A DNA stretch of 64,000 nt from the IMG/VR virus record IMGVR_UViG_3300042563_002362. One strand, written 5' to 3'. Positions within the stretch are counted from its first letter, which is position 1. Every line of letters begins with the position of its first letter. The DNA comes from a virus (taxonomy: Duplodnaviria; Heunggongvirae; Uroviricota; Caudoviricetes). The translations under genes were made by a program, and so were the position numbers. The notes below the pieces were generated by a model. That model made no database searches. It was not told where the DNA came from and saw nothing but the letters and a program-made list of their open reading frames with translations. Of the stretch, positions 9,480-17,949 are shown in pieces.

Positions 9480-9658
9480 ATGGCTGCATTAAAGGCTGCG
9501 AAAAAAACCATGATATCCTCAAGATCCACCGAAGGTTCCCGAAGGGATCATCAAATACCTCAAGATCCATGAAAGGTGGATTAGAGTCATTTTTCCGACC
9601 TTCAACGGATATTCTGTCAGTAAAATGCCGAAAAAGTGAAAATTTATGAAATTTCTTA
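9480..9658 (+). ncRNA. candidate structured small RNA or leader (alternatively 30-aa ORF 9480..9572)
   Basis: It sits downstream of a consensus promoter. It contains a direct repeat CCTCAAGATCCA (9517-9528 and 9558-9569). It has inverted repeats ATCCACC/GGTGGAT (9524-9530 and 9575-9581), TCCCgaaGGGA, and GATATCC/GGATAT. No long ORF is present. Confidence 0.25.
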
Positions 9659-9709
9659 TTTACATCTAAGAATATTCCGTTTATAATGATCCTGTAAGGA
9701 AACTACCAC
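9659..9709 (+). promoter_or_regulatory. sigma70-type promoter cassette (TTTACA-N17-TATAAT + conserved leader)
   Basis: The -35 is at 9659-9664 and the -10 at 9682-9687. The leader GATCCTGTAAGGAAACTACCAC follows. ATG at 9710. Confidence 0.55.
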
Positions 9710-9970
9710 ATGATTATCGAATCTGCCAAAATTAACGCAAACAAATTTCGTTGGGAAAACACTGTCGGAACGGCAATGGCAAGTGATCTGGCTACCGTGC
9801 AGGTCAAGTCCCAATTCATCGGATTCATGATTGGTCGGACGATCAAGGACTGTATGTTATTGGCAAGAAAGAGAACAAAGCGTTCATCTTCTCCCGAGCA
9901 ATGCGAGGTCACGAAAACGAAATTCTTGGATGGCTTTTCAACTCCGTCGATTATAAGTTCAGCTTGGTAA
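9710..9970 (+). CDS. hypothetical protein
   Basis: 86-aa ORF that starts exactly at the end of the conserved leader. Confidence 0.4.
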   Translation: MIIESAKINANKFRWENTVGTAMASDLATVQVKSQFIGFMIGRTIKDCMLLARKRTKRSSSPEQCEVTKTKFLDGFSTPSIISSAW

Positions 9971-9994
9971 TCTTCAACGATTGATAAATATAAA

Positions 9995-10612
9995 ATGCTA
10001 TCATTCAAAACATACATCGCCGAAGGATTCACTAACCTAATCCTTTCTAAGCACGACAAAGATCGTGAAAAATATGCGACCCAAGTATGGGATATGCTGC
10101 AGGTGTCGTATGCTAAGATTGGCGGAATCAAAGGTTCTGGATTCTCTTCGGTGGATGATATGATCAAAACAATTCCGTTTTGGAAACTATACTTTGATGG
10201 TGATCGTCTTAAAACTGTCATTCTTTACAAGGATCGTGGCGGACGCAAGGTAATTGCTGTTGGAACTGATGGATCGCAAAAAGCACTGAAAGTTTTGGCT
10301 AATGTTATGCGTGAATCCTTTAAGGTCTCGTTTGGCGAATACTCTAAAGGTTTGCTGGCATTCATCATCAAGACAGTGCCACGTGAATTGCTGAAATCGT
10401 ATGCTATTCCGAATAAAAAGGTTTCGGATATTCTTGATGATTCGGTGATTATCATTCCTACACAAGAATATGTAAATGATAACCTACAGTCTGTAGATCA
10501 GGCAATGTATACTCGCTTTAAAGATTGGCGTGAGTATTTCTATGTGAGAGAAATTGGAGGCACTCCTCTACTTAAGATGGCGATTGGAACGCCTGGAAAG
10601 CCAATCTTATGA
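9995..10612 (+). CDS. hypothetical protein
   Basis: 205-aa ORF. Its stop overlaps the next start (ATGA). Confidence 0.5.
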   Translation: MLSFKTYIAEGFTNLILSKHDKDREKYATQVWDMLQVSYAKIGGIKGSGFSSVDDMIKTIPFWKLYFDGDRLKTVILYKDRGGRKVIAVGTDGSQKALKVLANVMRESFKVSFGEYSKGLLAFIIKTVPRELLKSYAIPNKKVSDILDDSVIIIPTQEYVNDNLQSVDQAMYTRFKDWREYFYVREIGGTPLLKMAIGTPGKPIL

Positions 10613-11202
10613 TCGTGTATTTACATGGCTTCAACAGTGGGCATGATCCACACAATGTTAAGATTACTGCTCTGCGTAAACTTGACAAGGAAGTCCTTGG
10701 ATTTTCATATGATACATTCTCTCCACGCGAAGAAGTCATACGGTCCATTGTTGATCGTATTAAGGAATATGCAGATGACCTACTAATCGTCGGAACGAGT
10801 CTTGGTGCATATTATGCTGATGCATGTGCTAAGGCTTTAGGAGTTCCATGCGTGCTGATCAATCCGTGTGTCGATCCTTACAACGCTTTTTCGGATCGTT
10901 CGCTTGAGACTGAATATGTCAATTATGTACATAAGACAGTTTCTCGTTTGACATCCGAAACTGTGGAATCCTGGAAAGGACATTCCATGACAGAGACCGT
11001 CGGGCATACATACATTCCGCTCGTTTTGCTAGCTGACGGCGACGAAGTATTTGATTCGAGTGAAACTGCCGAAACACTGCGGAATTATGAGGTAATGAGG
11101 TTTTTAGGTGGAACTCATCGTTTTGAACAAATTGAGGATTCGGTAAAATCTATTGAAATTTACCGAAACATGTGCAAAATTGCCGCAAATCTCAATTTTT
11201 GA
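10609..11202 (+). CDS. alpha/beta-hydrolase esterase (YqiA/UPF0227-like)
   Basis: The N-terminus is MIVYLHGFNSG. The nucleophile elbow is GTSLGA (GxSxG). Confidence 0.55.
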   Translation: MIVYLHGFNSGHDPHNVKITALRKLDKEVLGFSYDTFSPREEVIRSIVDRIKEYADDLLIVGTSLGAYYADACAKALGVPCVLINPCVDPYNAFSDRSLETEYVNYVHKTVSRLTSETVESWKGHSMTETVGHTYIPLVLLADGDEVFDSSETAETLRNYEVMRFLGGTHRFEQIEDSVKSIEIYRNMCKIAANLNF

Positions 11203-11232
11203 AACTTTTTTCACTTTTGGTGCATTTTCTTG

Positions 11233-11286
11233 TTTACATTGGTCGGTTTTCCGTTTATAATAATCCTGTAAGGCAACCACTACAAA
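11233..11286 (+). promoter_or_regulatory. sigma70-type promoter cassette
   Basis: The -35 TTTACA is at 11233-11238 and the -10 TATAAT at 11256-11261. The conserved leader AATCCTGTAAGGCAACCACTACAAA precedes the ATG at 11287. The upstream UP/palindrome element is CTTTTTTCACTTTTGGTGCATTTT. Confidence 0.55.
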
Positions 11287-11547
11287 ATGACCAATTTACA
11301 AATTCTTAAGTCTGATTTAGAAATGCATGTCGCTCGAAGGGAGCAGCTGGCAAATGGCAATGGCGGATTCTTTATTCGACGTGAAGGGTATCCAGTGACT
11401 GGTGTTCTTGCCAGTTATGATAAGATCATTGTATCTCTTAAAAAAGAAATTGCCGATCTTGAAATAAAGAAGACTGCGCGTAAGCAGCCGCAGAAAAAGA
11501 CCACGACCAAGAAGAAAACCTCTAGCAAAAAGAAAGCCGCTAAATGA
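11287..11547 (+). CDS. small protein with Lys-rich basic C-terminal tail
   Basis: 86 aa. The C-terminus is KKTARKQPQKKTTTKKKTSSKKKAAK, which suggests histone-like or nucleic-acid binding. Confidence 0.45.
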   Translation: MTNLQILKSDLEMHVARREQLANGNGGFFIRREGYPVTGVLASYDKIIVSLKKEIADLEIKKTARKQPQKKTTTKKKTSSKKKAAK

Positions 11548-12575
11548 AACTTGCCTCAGTTGAACTCGTAAAAGAAATCAAACCTCATTCAAATGCTGAC
11601 TCGCTTGAGATCGCCGTTGTCCTTGGGTATGAATGTATCGTACCAATCGGTAAGTTTTCGCCGGGACAAGCTGTTGTGTTGATTCAGCCTGACGTTGTGC
11701 TTCCAGATGCTCCATGGGCAGAGGTTTTCCGGGCGCGATCAAATCGTGTCAAGGCTATGAAGCTGCGTGGAGTTTGGAGCTTCGGTATTGTCCTCAGTGT
11801 ATTTGATATCGTCGATCACAACTCACGCGGTAGTGCGCAGCTGAAGCGTTGGCTGCTTCCAATTAACATCGGAAAGGATATCTCTGAGGAAATTGGAGTC
11901 GCTAAGTATGAACCTCCCGCGCCAAAGTCTCTTGACGCTGCAGGACACTTGCCGTCTAGAATGCCAAAGACCGACGAAGAGCGTTATCAAAACCTGACTG
12001 ACAGCCTGCCATACGGCGAACATGTTGACGTCACGCTGAAGATTGACGGTCAAAGCGCTACTTACTTCTGTATCCGTGACGCGAATGCTGAAGGTGGATG
12101 GCGCACTGGAATTTGTTCTCGATCTCTTGAGATTAAGCCTGAGTGCAATAACAATTACACGCTCGCTGAACGTAAGTACAACATTCTCGAAAAGCTCAAG
12201 AACTATTGTACGTACCATAACGTCAGCCTTGCACTACGTGGCGAGGTTTACGGGCAAGGCATTCAAGCCTTTGATGCAAATCCACACTCTAAGCTCCCGC
12301 TTGACTTTGCAGCATTTAGCGTATGGAACCACGACACTCTAGCTTATGAAGGTCCCAATGACCCACATTACTACGAAAAGGTAGCAGCCGCTACGGTTGG
12401 CGAAATTCCCGTTGTACCGATGGTCGAGCGTCAGGTAGTTCTTACGTCTGAACTGATTGAAAAGTATGCACGTGGAATCGACAAGATTGAAGGCAAGCGT
12501 TTTGAAGGAGTTGTGATTAAGCATTCGCTTGGTAGCTTCAAAGTCATCAACCTTTCCTACGACGAACGCAAGTAA
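11544..12575 (+). CDS. RNA ligase with N-terminal OB-like domain (Rnl5/DraRnl-NgrRnl-like)
   Basis: 343 aa. The KxDG nucleotidyltransferase motif TLKIDGQSATYF lies near residue 166. The N-terminal ~150 aa (IKPHSNADSLEIAVVLGYECIVPIGK...) resembles a tRNA-binding/OB fold. Size and motif position match the Rnl5 family. Confidence 0.45.
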   Translation: MKLASVELVKEIKPHSNADSLEIAVVLGYECIVPIGKFSPGQAVVLIQPDVVLPDAPWAEVFRARSNRVKAMKLRGVWSFGIVLSVFDIVDHNSRGSAQLKRWLLPINIGKDISEEIGVAKYEPPAPKSLDAAGHLPSRMPKTDEERYQNLTDSLPYGEHVDVTLKIDGQSATYFCIRDANAEGGWRTGICSRSLEIKPECNNNYTLAERKYNILEKLKNYCTYHNVSLALRGEVYGQGIQAFDANPHSKLPLDFAAFSVWNHDTLAYEGPNDPHYYEKVAAATVGEIPVVPMVERQVVLTSELIEKYARGIDKIEGKRFEGVVIKHSLGSFKVINLSYDERK

Positions 12576-12811
12576 TGGATCACTTTGAATTTCGTTGGAA
12601 GCAGCGGCTCGGATATGCATTGCGAAAATCTGAACGAAAAGATTTTCACAATGCTGTTCGTACCTCGCGCAAATTCATACATAAAGAACCAAACACGAGC
12701 GGAACTGTTTATGCAGTAAAGCATAAAGGCATAAACATTGTTGTTGTATATGACCCGCTTCTTGACATTCTGATTACTGTCCTACCACCGTCAAATAACC
12801 ATAAGAAATAA
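12575..12811 (+). CDS. hypothetical protein
   Basis: 78-aa ORF whose start overlaps the upstream stop. Confidence 0.4.
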   Translation: MDHFEFRWKQRLGYALRKSERKDFHNAVRTSRKFIHKEPNTSGTVYAVKHKGINIVVVYDPLLDILITVLPPSNNHKK

Positions 12812-12826
12812 TTTATATCTATTCAT

Positions 12827-13147
12827 ATGAAATACTTGAACCAGATTGCAATACTTGCGAGCTTTAGTATTCTGCTATACTACACAAAATCATATGACTT
12901 CATCTATTGGGTTATGGCCGTATTGATCGGCACTACGTATCTTCATCCGTTATTTGCGTTGATTAGTCGTTCATATCGCAAGCAATGGGATTCTCCGATC
13001 GATGTTGCACAGATGATTATTGCCGCAAGCGTCGCAATCTTCAACATGCGCGTGGTATTGAAGGATTCTTCGCTATGCACCTTTTATGGTGTCGGCGTTG
13101 GACTTTCGTTTATTGCGACTTCATATTTAATTACACGTAGAGCATAA
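12827..13147 (+). CDS. membrane protein (multi-TM)
   Basis: 106 aa with three hydrophobic segments. Confidence 0.4.
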   Translation: MKYLNQIAILASFSILLYYTKSYDFIYWVMAVLIGTTYLHPLFALISRSYRKQWDSPIDVAQMIIAASVAIFNMRVVLKDSSLCTFYGVGVGLSFIATSYLITRRA

Positions 13148-13148
13148 C

Positions 13149-13367
13149 ATGGGAGAGGCTAAACGAAGAGGCACATTTGAAGAGCGTGCAGACAATGCCA
13201 AAGGCGAATCGTGGCGGCCAATCTACTGGACCGAAGAACGTCTTGATGAATTCAAGGAAAGCATGCGTAAGGAACTTGGAACATACATTGACAAAGTAAA
13301 ATCTGACTTGTTTATGCCTCGAAAACCAAAGGAGAAAAAATTTAGAAAAATCAAAACAGGAGGTTAA
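13149..13367 (+). CDS. hypothetical protein
   Basis: 72-aa ORF. A strong SD, AGGAGG, for the next gene lies at its 3' end. Confidence 0.35.
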   Translation: MGEAKRRGTFEERADNAKGESWRPIYWTEERLDEFKESMRKELGTYIDKVKSDLFMPRKPKEKKFRKIKTGG

Positions 13368-13370
13368 ATT

Positions 13371-14135
13371 ATGAAGACTATTCGGCATAACACTTACGAA
13401 ACAAACAGCAGCAGCACTCACAGCATTACGATTGACACTGAGAACTACAAGAATGTTCAAATCCCAAAGACGATGACAATTCCTCTTGGGGAGTTTGGCT
13501 GGGAATACACGAAGTTCAACGACTTCCTTACAAAGGCAAGTTACTTCTGGACGCTTGCTCTTTACAATGAAGATGTGAATGAACGCATGATTCGTCTTGC
13601 GGCTGATCATGGACTTGACTTGCAGTTCAAACAATCAAAGGATGACTTCTACTATGTCGATCATGGTAGCGAGCATTACTCCGATTGGGTAAAGAAGAAT
13701 CCAGAACTACTGACAGACGAAGGTCTTTGGAATTTCCTCATCAACGAAAGCTGCTGGATTATCCTTGGCAATGACAACAGCTATGATCCTCCAAATTGGC
13801 GTATCACTGAAAAGGCTGCAAAGGCATTGGAGTATGAAGTCTACATCTGTTCAGTCGCAGCTGACGATTATGTCAATGTTAGTGACTGCACCTTTAAGAC
13901 CGACAAGGGAACGATTGCAGAAAACAAAGGAGAGATTGAACATCATGTGTTTTACATGCTTGACAATGAGCGCTCTGACCGAAAATGGGATGACCCATAC
14001 CCAAGTATCAAGGAAGTCAGTGATGAAGGTATCATCATGATTAGTTATGAAAAATACGATCATAATGCGAAAGAATACAAGGTTCACCGTACACGGAAAC
14101 TGCGTGCTGTCGTAGAAAAAGTGAAAAAACTGTAA
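13371..14135 (+). CDS. paralog 1 of MKTIRHNTYETNSSSTHS-N-terminus family (candidate internal/injected protein)
   Basis: 254 aa. An AGGAGG SD lies 7 nt upstream. Its N-terminal 18 aa are identical to those of the two paralogs at 15391 and 15939, although this copy uses different codons. Confidence 0.5.
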   Translation: MKTIRHNTYETNSSSTHSITIDTENYKNVQIPKTMTIPLGEFGWEYTKFNDFLTKASYFWTLALYNEDVNERMIRLAADHGLDLQFKQSKDDFYYVDHGSEHYSDWVKKNPELLTDEGLWNFLINESCWIILGNDNSYDPPNWRITEKAAKALEYEVYICSVAADDYVNVSDCTFKTDKGTIAENKGEIEHHVFYMLDNERSDRKWDDPYPSIKEVSDEGIIMISYEKYDHNAKEYKVHRTRKLRAVVEKVKKL

Positions 14136-14142
14136 AAGATTA

Positions 14143-14196
14143 TTTACATCTGTTCATATTCCGTTTATAATGAGTCTGTAACGCAACCACTATATT
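14143..14196 (+). promoter_or_regulatory. sigma70-type promoter cassette
   Basis: The -35 is at 14143-14148 and the -10 TATAAT at 14166-14171. The leader GAGTCTGTAACGCAACCACTATATT follows. ATG at 14197. Confidence 0.55.
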
Positions 14197-15144
14197 ATGA
14201 AACCAACCTCAGCGAAATTGCTACACACTTACCAAAATGGTAATGTAACTGTGTCTCTTTATGAAGACGGCACCAAGGTTCGTGAATGGCCCGATGGTGA
14301 AGCTCCACGTGTGACTCATCCCGAAAGCTGTGACCTCAAAATTACACAGTATTGTGACCTTGACAGCATCTGCGTCTACTGCCACGAAATGTCCAATAAG
14401 CAGGGCAAGCACGGCGACCTTGATCTTGTTGCAAAGATTTGGGAAACACAATACCCAGGCACCGAACTTGCGATTGGCGGCGGAAACCCGCTTGCGCATC
14501 CTGGCATCGAGAGTTTCCTTCGCACCGTTACTTCACGCGGCATCATTCCAAATGTCACGATGAACATGCTTCACATGAAGAAGTTCGGACCGACGATCAG
14601 GCGCTTCCAGGAAGACCGCTTGCTGTATGGTCTTGGTATCAGCTACCGCGGTGGTGACGGATTTAAGTTCCTTCCTGACGACATTGACTACTCAAATGTT
14701 GTCTTCCACATGATCCTTGGAGTACATAGCCTTGGCGACTGTATGCAGGTTATCAAATGGTGCCGCGCTCGAGACATCAAGCCGAAGATCCTTCTGCTTG
14801 GATACAAGACGTATGGTAAAGGTAAGGATTACTACAATCCCGAGCTCCAAAAGGAACTTGACCGTTGGAAAGGTTTTTCGCTGCAGCGTCTGTTTCTATT
14901 TGAAGGAGTAACAATCAGCTTTGACAATCTTGCGATCACGCAGCTTGACTTGCAGAAGCAGGTCTCTAAGGAAGATTGGGAGCTGCTCTATCAAGGCGAA
15001 GATGGTAACCACACGTTCTACGTCGATGCAGTGAAGGGTGAGGTTGCACGTACTTCAACAAGCGACCTTCGCTACGCTATCACCGATGCCGCCACCGTCG
15101 TCGATATTTTCAACAAAGTCAAAGAAGAACACGCATACGCATGA
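14197..15144 (+). CDS. putative radical-SAM-like Fe-S enzyme (non-canonical Cx5Cx2C)
   Basis: The Cys cluster is CDLKITQYCDLDSICVYCHE. It is followed ~35 aa later by LAIGGGNPLAHPG, which is GGE-motif-like. The spacing is not canonical CxxxCxxC, so the call is tentative. Confidence 0.35.
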   Translation: MKPTSAKLLHTYQNGNVTVSLYEDGTKVREWPDGEAPRVTHPESCDLKITQYCDLDSICVYCHEMSNKQGKHGDLDLVAKIWETQYPGTELAIGGGNPLAHPGIESFLRTVTSRGIIPNVTMNMLHMKKFGPTIRRFQEDRLLYGLGISYRGGDGFKFLPDDIDYSNVVFHMILGVHSLGDCMQVIKWCRARDIKPKILLLGYKTYGKGKDYYNPELQKELDRWKGFSLQRLFLFEGVTISFDNLAITQLDLQKQVSKEDWELLYQGEDGNHTFYVDAVKGEVARTSTSDLRYAITDAATVVDIFNKVKEEHAYA

Positions 15145-15389
15145 AAATAAAACTCAAAGTATCACTAGACAAAACTCCACTATCATACGTCTTTGATGAA
15201 AGAGTCGTTACGGTTGAAAAGCTGCATGCTGTGCTGATCGCCATGATGAGCGAATGGTTTGGTGCAATGAACAAAGTTGGCGTAATTCAACAAATCACAA
15301 ACAACACAATTGAGTATTGCAGCATTATGACAGACAAAGAACATGTTTCTGGATCTATGTCGTTTAGTCTCGAAACAATCACTGAATAA
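15141..15389 (+). CDS. hypothetical protein
   Basis: 82-aa ORF that overlaps the upstream stop. Confidence 0.4.
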   Translation: MKIKLKVSLDKTPLSYVFDERVVTVEKLHAVLIAMMSEWFGAMNKVGVIQQITNNTIEYCSIMTDKEHVSGSMSFSLETITE

Positions 15390-15390
15390 C

Positions 15391-15924
15391 ATGAAAACAA
15401 TCCGACATAACACATACGAAACAAATTCGTCCAGCACGCATAGCATTACGATCATCAGTAAGTCCAAAGATCGCAAGAGTAAATTTCGTCGTGCTGAGAT
15501 TTTTGAGGATGGGATTCTCTATCCGGGTAACCTCAATGATTCTGAAGCATACACGCATATTCCTACAGGCGAAGAAGGCTATGTCGTGAAGTGTTATACT
15601 CCTCATCAAAAGGCTGCTCTTACTGTTCATTACCTCAATGCATGTGATGAGTATGTCAACTATGATTCCAGCGGTGATATTACAACAGAGCAATATAATG
15701 CTTTCAAGCTTGAGGCGATTCGTATTCTTTCTGAACGACTTGGTCTTAAAGAGATTCGTGACTGGGAAGACTGTAACGGATTTTATTACAGCGGTGAAAA
15801 TGACGAATGTCCAATCGTCGATGTTCTTGAAGACGGCGATCGTATCACAGCGTTCAACAAGTTTGTCACTGACGTTATCCTCAATGAGGACATGCTGATG
15901 ATTGACGAAGACATCCCCTACTAA
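15391..15924 (+). CDS. paralog 2 of MKTIRHNTYETNSSSTHS family
   Basis: The track ORF is 15343..15924. The Met at 15391 lies 1 nt after the upstream stop. The first ~55 nt are near-identical to the start of 15939. Confidence 0.5.
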   Translation: MKTIRHNTYETNSSSTHSITIISKSKDRKSKFRRAEIFEDGILYPGNLNDSEAYTHIPTGEEGYVVKCYTPHQKAALTVHYLNACDEYVNYDSSGDITTEQYNAFKLEAIRILSERLGLKEIRDWEDCNGFYYSGENDECPIVDVLEDGDRITAFNKFVTDVILNEDMLMIDEDIPY

Positions 15925-15938
15925 TAATTATAACACAT

Positions 15939-16478
15939 ATGAAAACAATCCGACATAACACATACGAAACAAACTCGTCTAGCACGCATGCTTACAGCGT
16001 GCAAGATTTGAACCTTAAGAACCGCCCTGACCTCAACATCATTCCTGGCGATGATGGATTCATTCGAGTCGGCTTTACCGAAATGACTGAGTCGACTCCT
16101 CAGAACAAGATTGGTCATATTCTTAATTACGCCAATTCGGTTGGTGATCAAGAATTGTTTGATCGCGTCTGCAAGGTCGTCGAGGAATTCACTGGAGCAA
16201 AACTACTTGTTAGCGCTTCAGTCCGATTGAATAACAAGTGGGAAAAGGTTGACAATCTGCGTGAAGTCACCAATCCTAAGTTCAACTTCGACACCGAGGA
16301 AGAATACGATTGGGAAACTCTAAATGATCGATGGTATTCATTTACAAACGAATATGGGCATGGCAGCATCAATGAGTTTTGTGGAGTCATGAATGAAATT
16401 GGTCGCACCGAAGAAAACCTGAAGATCTTTATCTTCTCATCTAACCAAGGAGTACATGTCGAATCCTACTATAACTGA
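15939..16478 (+). CDS. paralog 3 of MKTIRHNTYETNSSSTHS family
   Basis: 179 aa with the same N-terminal peptide. Confidence 0.5.
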   Translation: MKTIRHNTYETNSSSTHAYSVQDLNLKNRPDLNIIPGDDGFIRVGFTEMTESTPQNKIGHILNYANSVGDQELFDRVCKVVEEFTGAKLLVSASVRLNNKWEKVDNLREVTNPKFNFDTEEEYDWETLNDRWYSFTNEYGHGSINEFCGVMNEIGRTEENLKIFIFSSNQGVHVESYYN

Positions 16479-17049
16479 AGTATCTGATCGCCTTGCAAGT
16501 CTTAAACTTGCGGCCGAAACTCTAGGTTGTGTCGATCTTGCGTCTAAAGTTCTTGATGATAAAAACTTTCGTATTTGGAGTGGTTCTCATCATAAACTTG
16601 CGCACCATTATGGAGACGGTGGACTACTGACGCATACCTTTGAGGTTGTCACTTTGTCATTAAATACCGCTCATCTCTATAGCGATGTTCATAAGATTGA
16701 CAACAAGCAGCTGTTCTTAAGCGCGTTGTATCATGACTATGGCAAGCTATGGGATTATGATCGCAGTGAAGATGGTAAATGGGTTCGTAATAACCATCGT
16801 CGCAAGATCCACCACATTTCGCGTTCAAACGTAGAATGGGTTTGCTGGGCAATTGCAATGGGAGCAGACGACGAATTGATTGATGCCGTTAGTCATAACA
16901 TCTTATCGCATCATGGTTCACGTGAATGTGGTAGCCCAGTTGCTCCATACACACGTGAGGCGTGGATTCTACATCTCGCGGACTCCATGAGCGCGCGCGT
17001 TGATGATTGTGATCGTCTTGACTTGGTAACAATTAACAAAAATGCCTGA
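16456..17049 (+). CDS. HD-domain phosphohydrolase
   Basis: It has an H...HDYGK motif (LYHDYGKLWDYD) plus downstream His/Asp. Confidence 0.5.
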   Translation: MSNPTITEVSDRLASLKLAAETLGCVDLASKVLDDKNFRIWSGSHHKLAHHYGDGGLLTHTFEVVTLSLNTAHLYSDVHKIDNKQLFLSALYHDYGKLWDYDRSEDGKWVRNNHRRKIHHISRSNVEWVCWAIAMGADDELIDAVSHNILSHHGSRECGSPVAPYTREAWILHLADSMSARVDDCDRLDLVTINKNA

Positions 17050-17281
17050 AGCACTACATATTCACCGTCGAGTAATTACTGACGGACCGTCCGCGATTGT
17101 TCAACAGATCCATTATGCTCTTACTGAGGAAGGACTCGTTGACATATTGAAAATGACTGCTCATTATCTTCTTGATGATGGCAAGCTAAGCCCTAGCTTC
17201 TTCGGCGGTGAATTAACCCAAATTATGAGAATGTCTTTACTGAGCATATTGGTCGAAGACGGAGTTATTGACATACCATGA
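17042..17281 (+). CDS. hypothetical protein
   Basis: 79-aa ORF, overlap-coupled. Confidence 0.35.
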   Translation: MPEALHIHRRVITDGPSAIVQQIHYALTEEGLVDILKMTAHYLLDDGKLSPSFFGGELTQIMRMSLLSILVEDGVIDIP

Positions 17282-17460
17282 AAAAGAAACAGAAACAACC
17301 TGCAGTAATTGAAGCTGTAGATGAAGTACTTAGTCTGCTACGCGAAAAGTGGATGAACGAAAAGGACGACAAGAAGAAAGTTGAATTATCCAAGAAGATT
17401 GATTCGGTATTGGATGAACGTCTTCGCCTGATGAAACTACGTGACAGTGGAGAACTATGA
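17278..17460 (+). CDS. hypothetical protein (charged, coiled)
   Basis: 60-aa ORF, overlap-coupled. Confidence 0.35.
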   Translation: MKKKQKQPAVIEAVDEVLSLLREKWMNEKDDKKKVELSKKIDSVLDERLRLMKLRDSGEL

Positions 17461-17828
17461 TTAGCATATTATCACTCGCAACTATCTTAGTGGTACATTG
17501 GATCTTTGACTTTTTTCTGCAGACGAGTTGGCAGGCAACAAATAAGTCAAAGAACAACATCGCGTTGGCCAGTCATGTTGGTGTATACTCAATTGGACTG
17601 ATCTTGATCGTACTGCTAAACTTTGGATATTTCCAGCATCTAGGTTGCGCAATCGGATATGTCCTCCTAAATGCCGTTGCTCATTTTTTCACAGATTACG
17701 TGACTAGTCGTGCTTCAAGTTCTCTCTATGAAAAGGAAGAATACCATGATTTCTTCGTCGTGATCGGATTTGATCAGTTACTGCATTACCTGACATTGAT
17801 TGTCACATTTGTGCTGCTAGTCGGCTGA
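17457..17828 (+). CDS. membrane protein
   Basis: 123 aa with four hydrophobic segments. Confidence 0.4.
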   Translation: MISILSLATILVVHWIFDFFLQTSWQATNKSKNNIALASHVGVYSIGLILIVLLNFGYFQHLGCAIGYVLLNAVAHFFTDYVTSRASSSLYEKEEYHDFFVVIGFDQLLHYLTLIVTFVLLVG

Positions 17829-17893
17829 TTTTCAATAAGTTGCACAAATTTGCACAAAAGTGGGAACTTTTTTCACTTTTGTGCATTTTTTTA

Positions 17894-17949
17894 TTTACAA
17901 GGTGACATTTTCCGTTTATAATAATTCTGTAAGGCAACCACCACAAAAT
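17894..17949 (+). promoter_or_regulatory. sigma70-type promoter cassette preceded by palindrome GCACAAAAGTG-N11-CACTTTTGTGC
   Basis: The -35 is at 17894-17899 and the -10 at 17917-17922. The leader is AATTCTGTAAGGCAACCACCACAAAAT, with ATG at 17950. The whole ~112-nt unit is near-identical to 35063-35176. Confidence 0.6.

Noticed and set aside
9480-9660. Possible tRNA gene in the structured intergenic region
   Set aside because: There is no GTTCRANYC T-loop, no cloverleaf and no 3' CCA context. It is treated as a generic structured RNA or leader instead. No other tRNA-like sequence was found in the intergenic regions I inspected.
9703-10221. 172-aa minus-strand ORF
   Set aside because: It overlaps two plus-strand ORFs (9710..9970 and 9995..10612) that sit directly behind a complete plus-strand promoter and leader cassette. 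No promoter or SD is present on the minus strand.
13131-13634. 167-aa minus-strand ORF
   Set aside because: It lies antisense to plus-strand genes that have an AGGAGG SD and the conserved N-terminal peptide family. It is likely spurious.
14197-15144. Calling the Fe-S protein NrdG (anaerobic RNR activase)
   Set aside because: At 315 aa it is about twice NrdG size, its Cys spacing is non-canonical, and no NrdD is adjacent.
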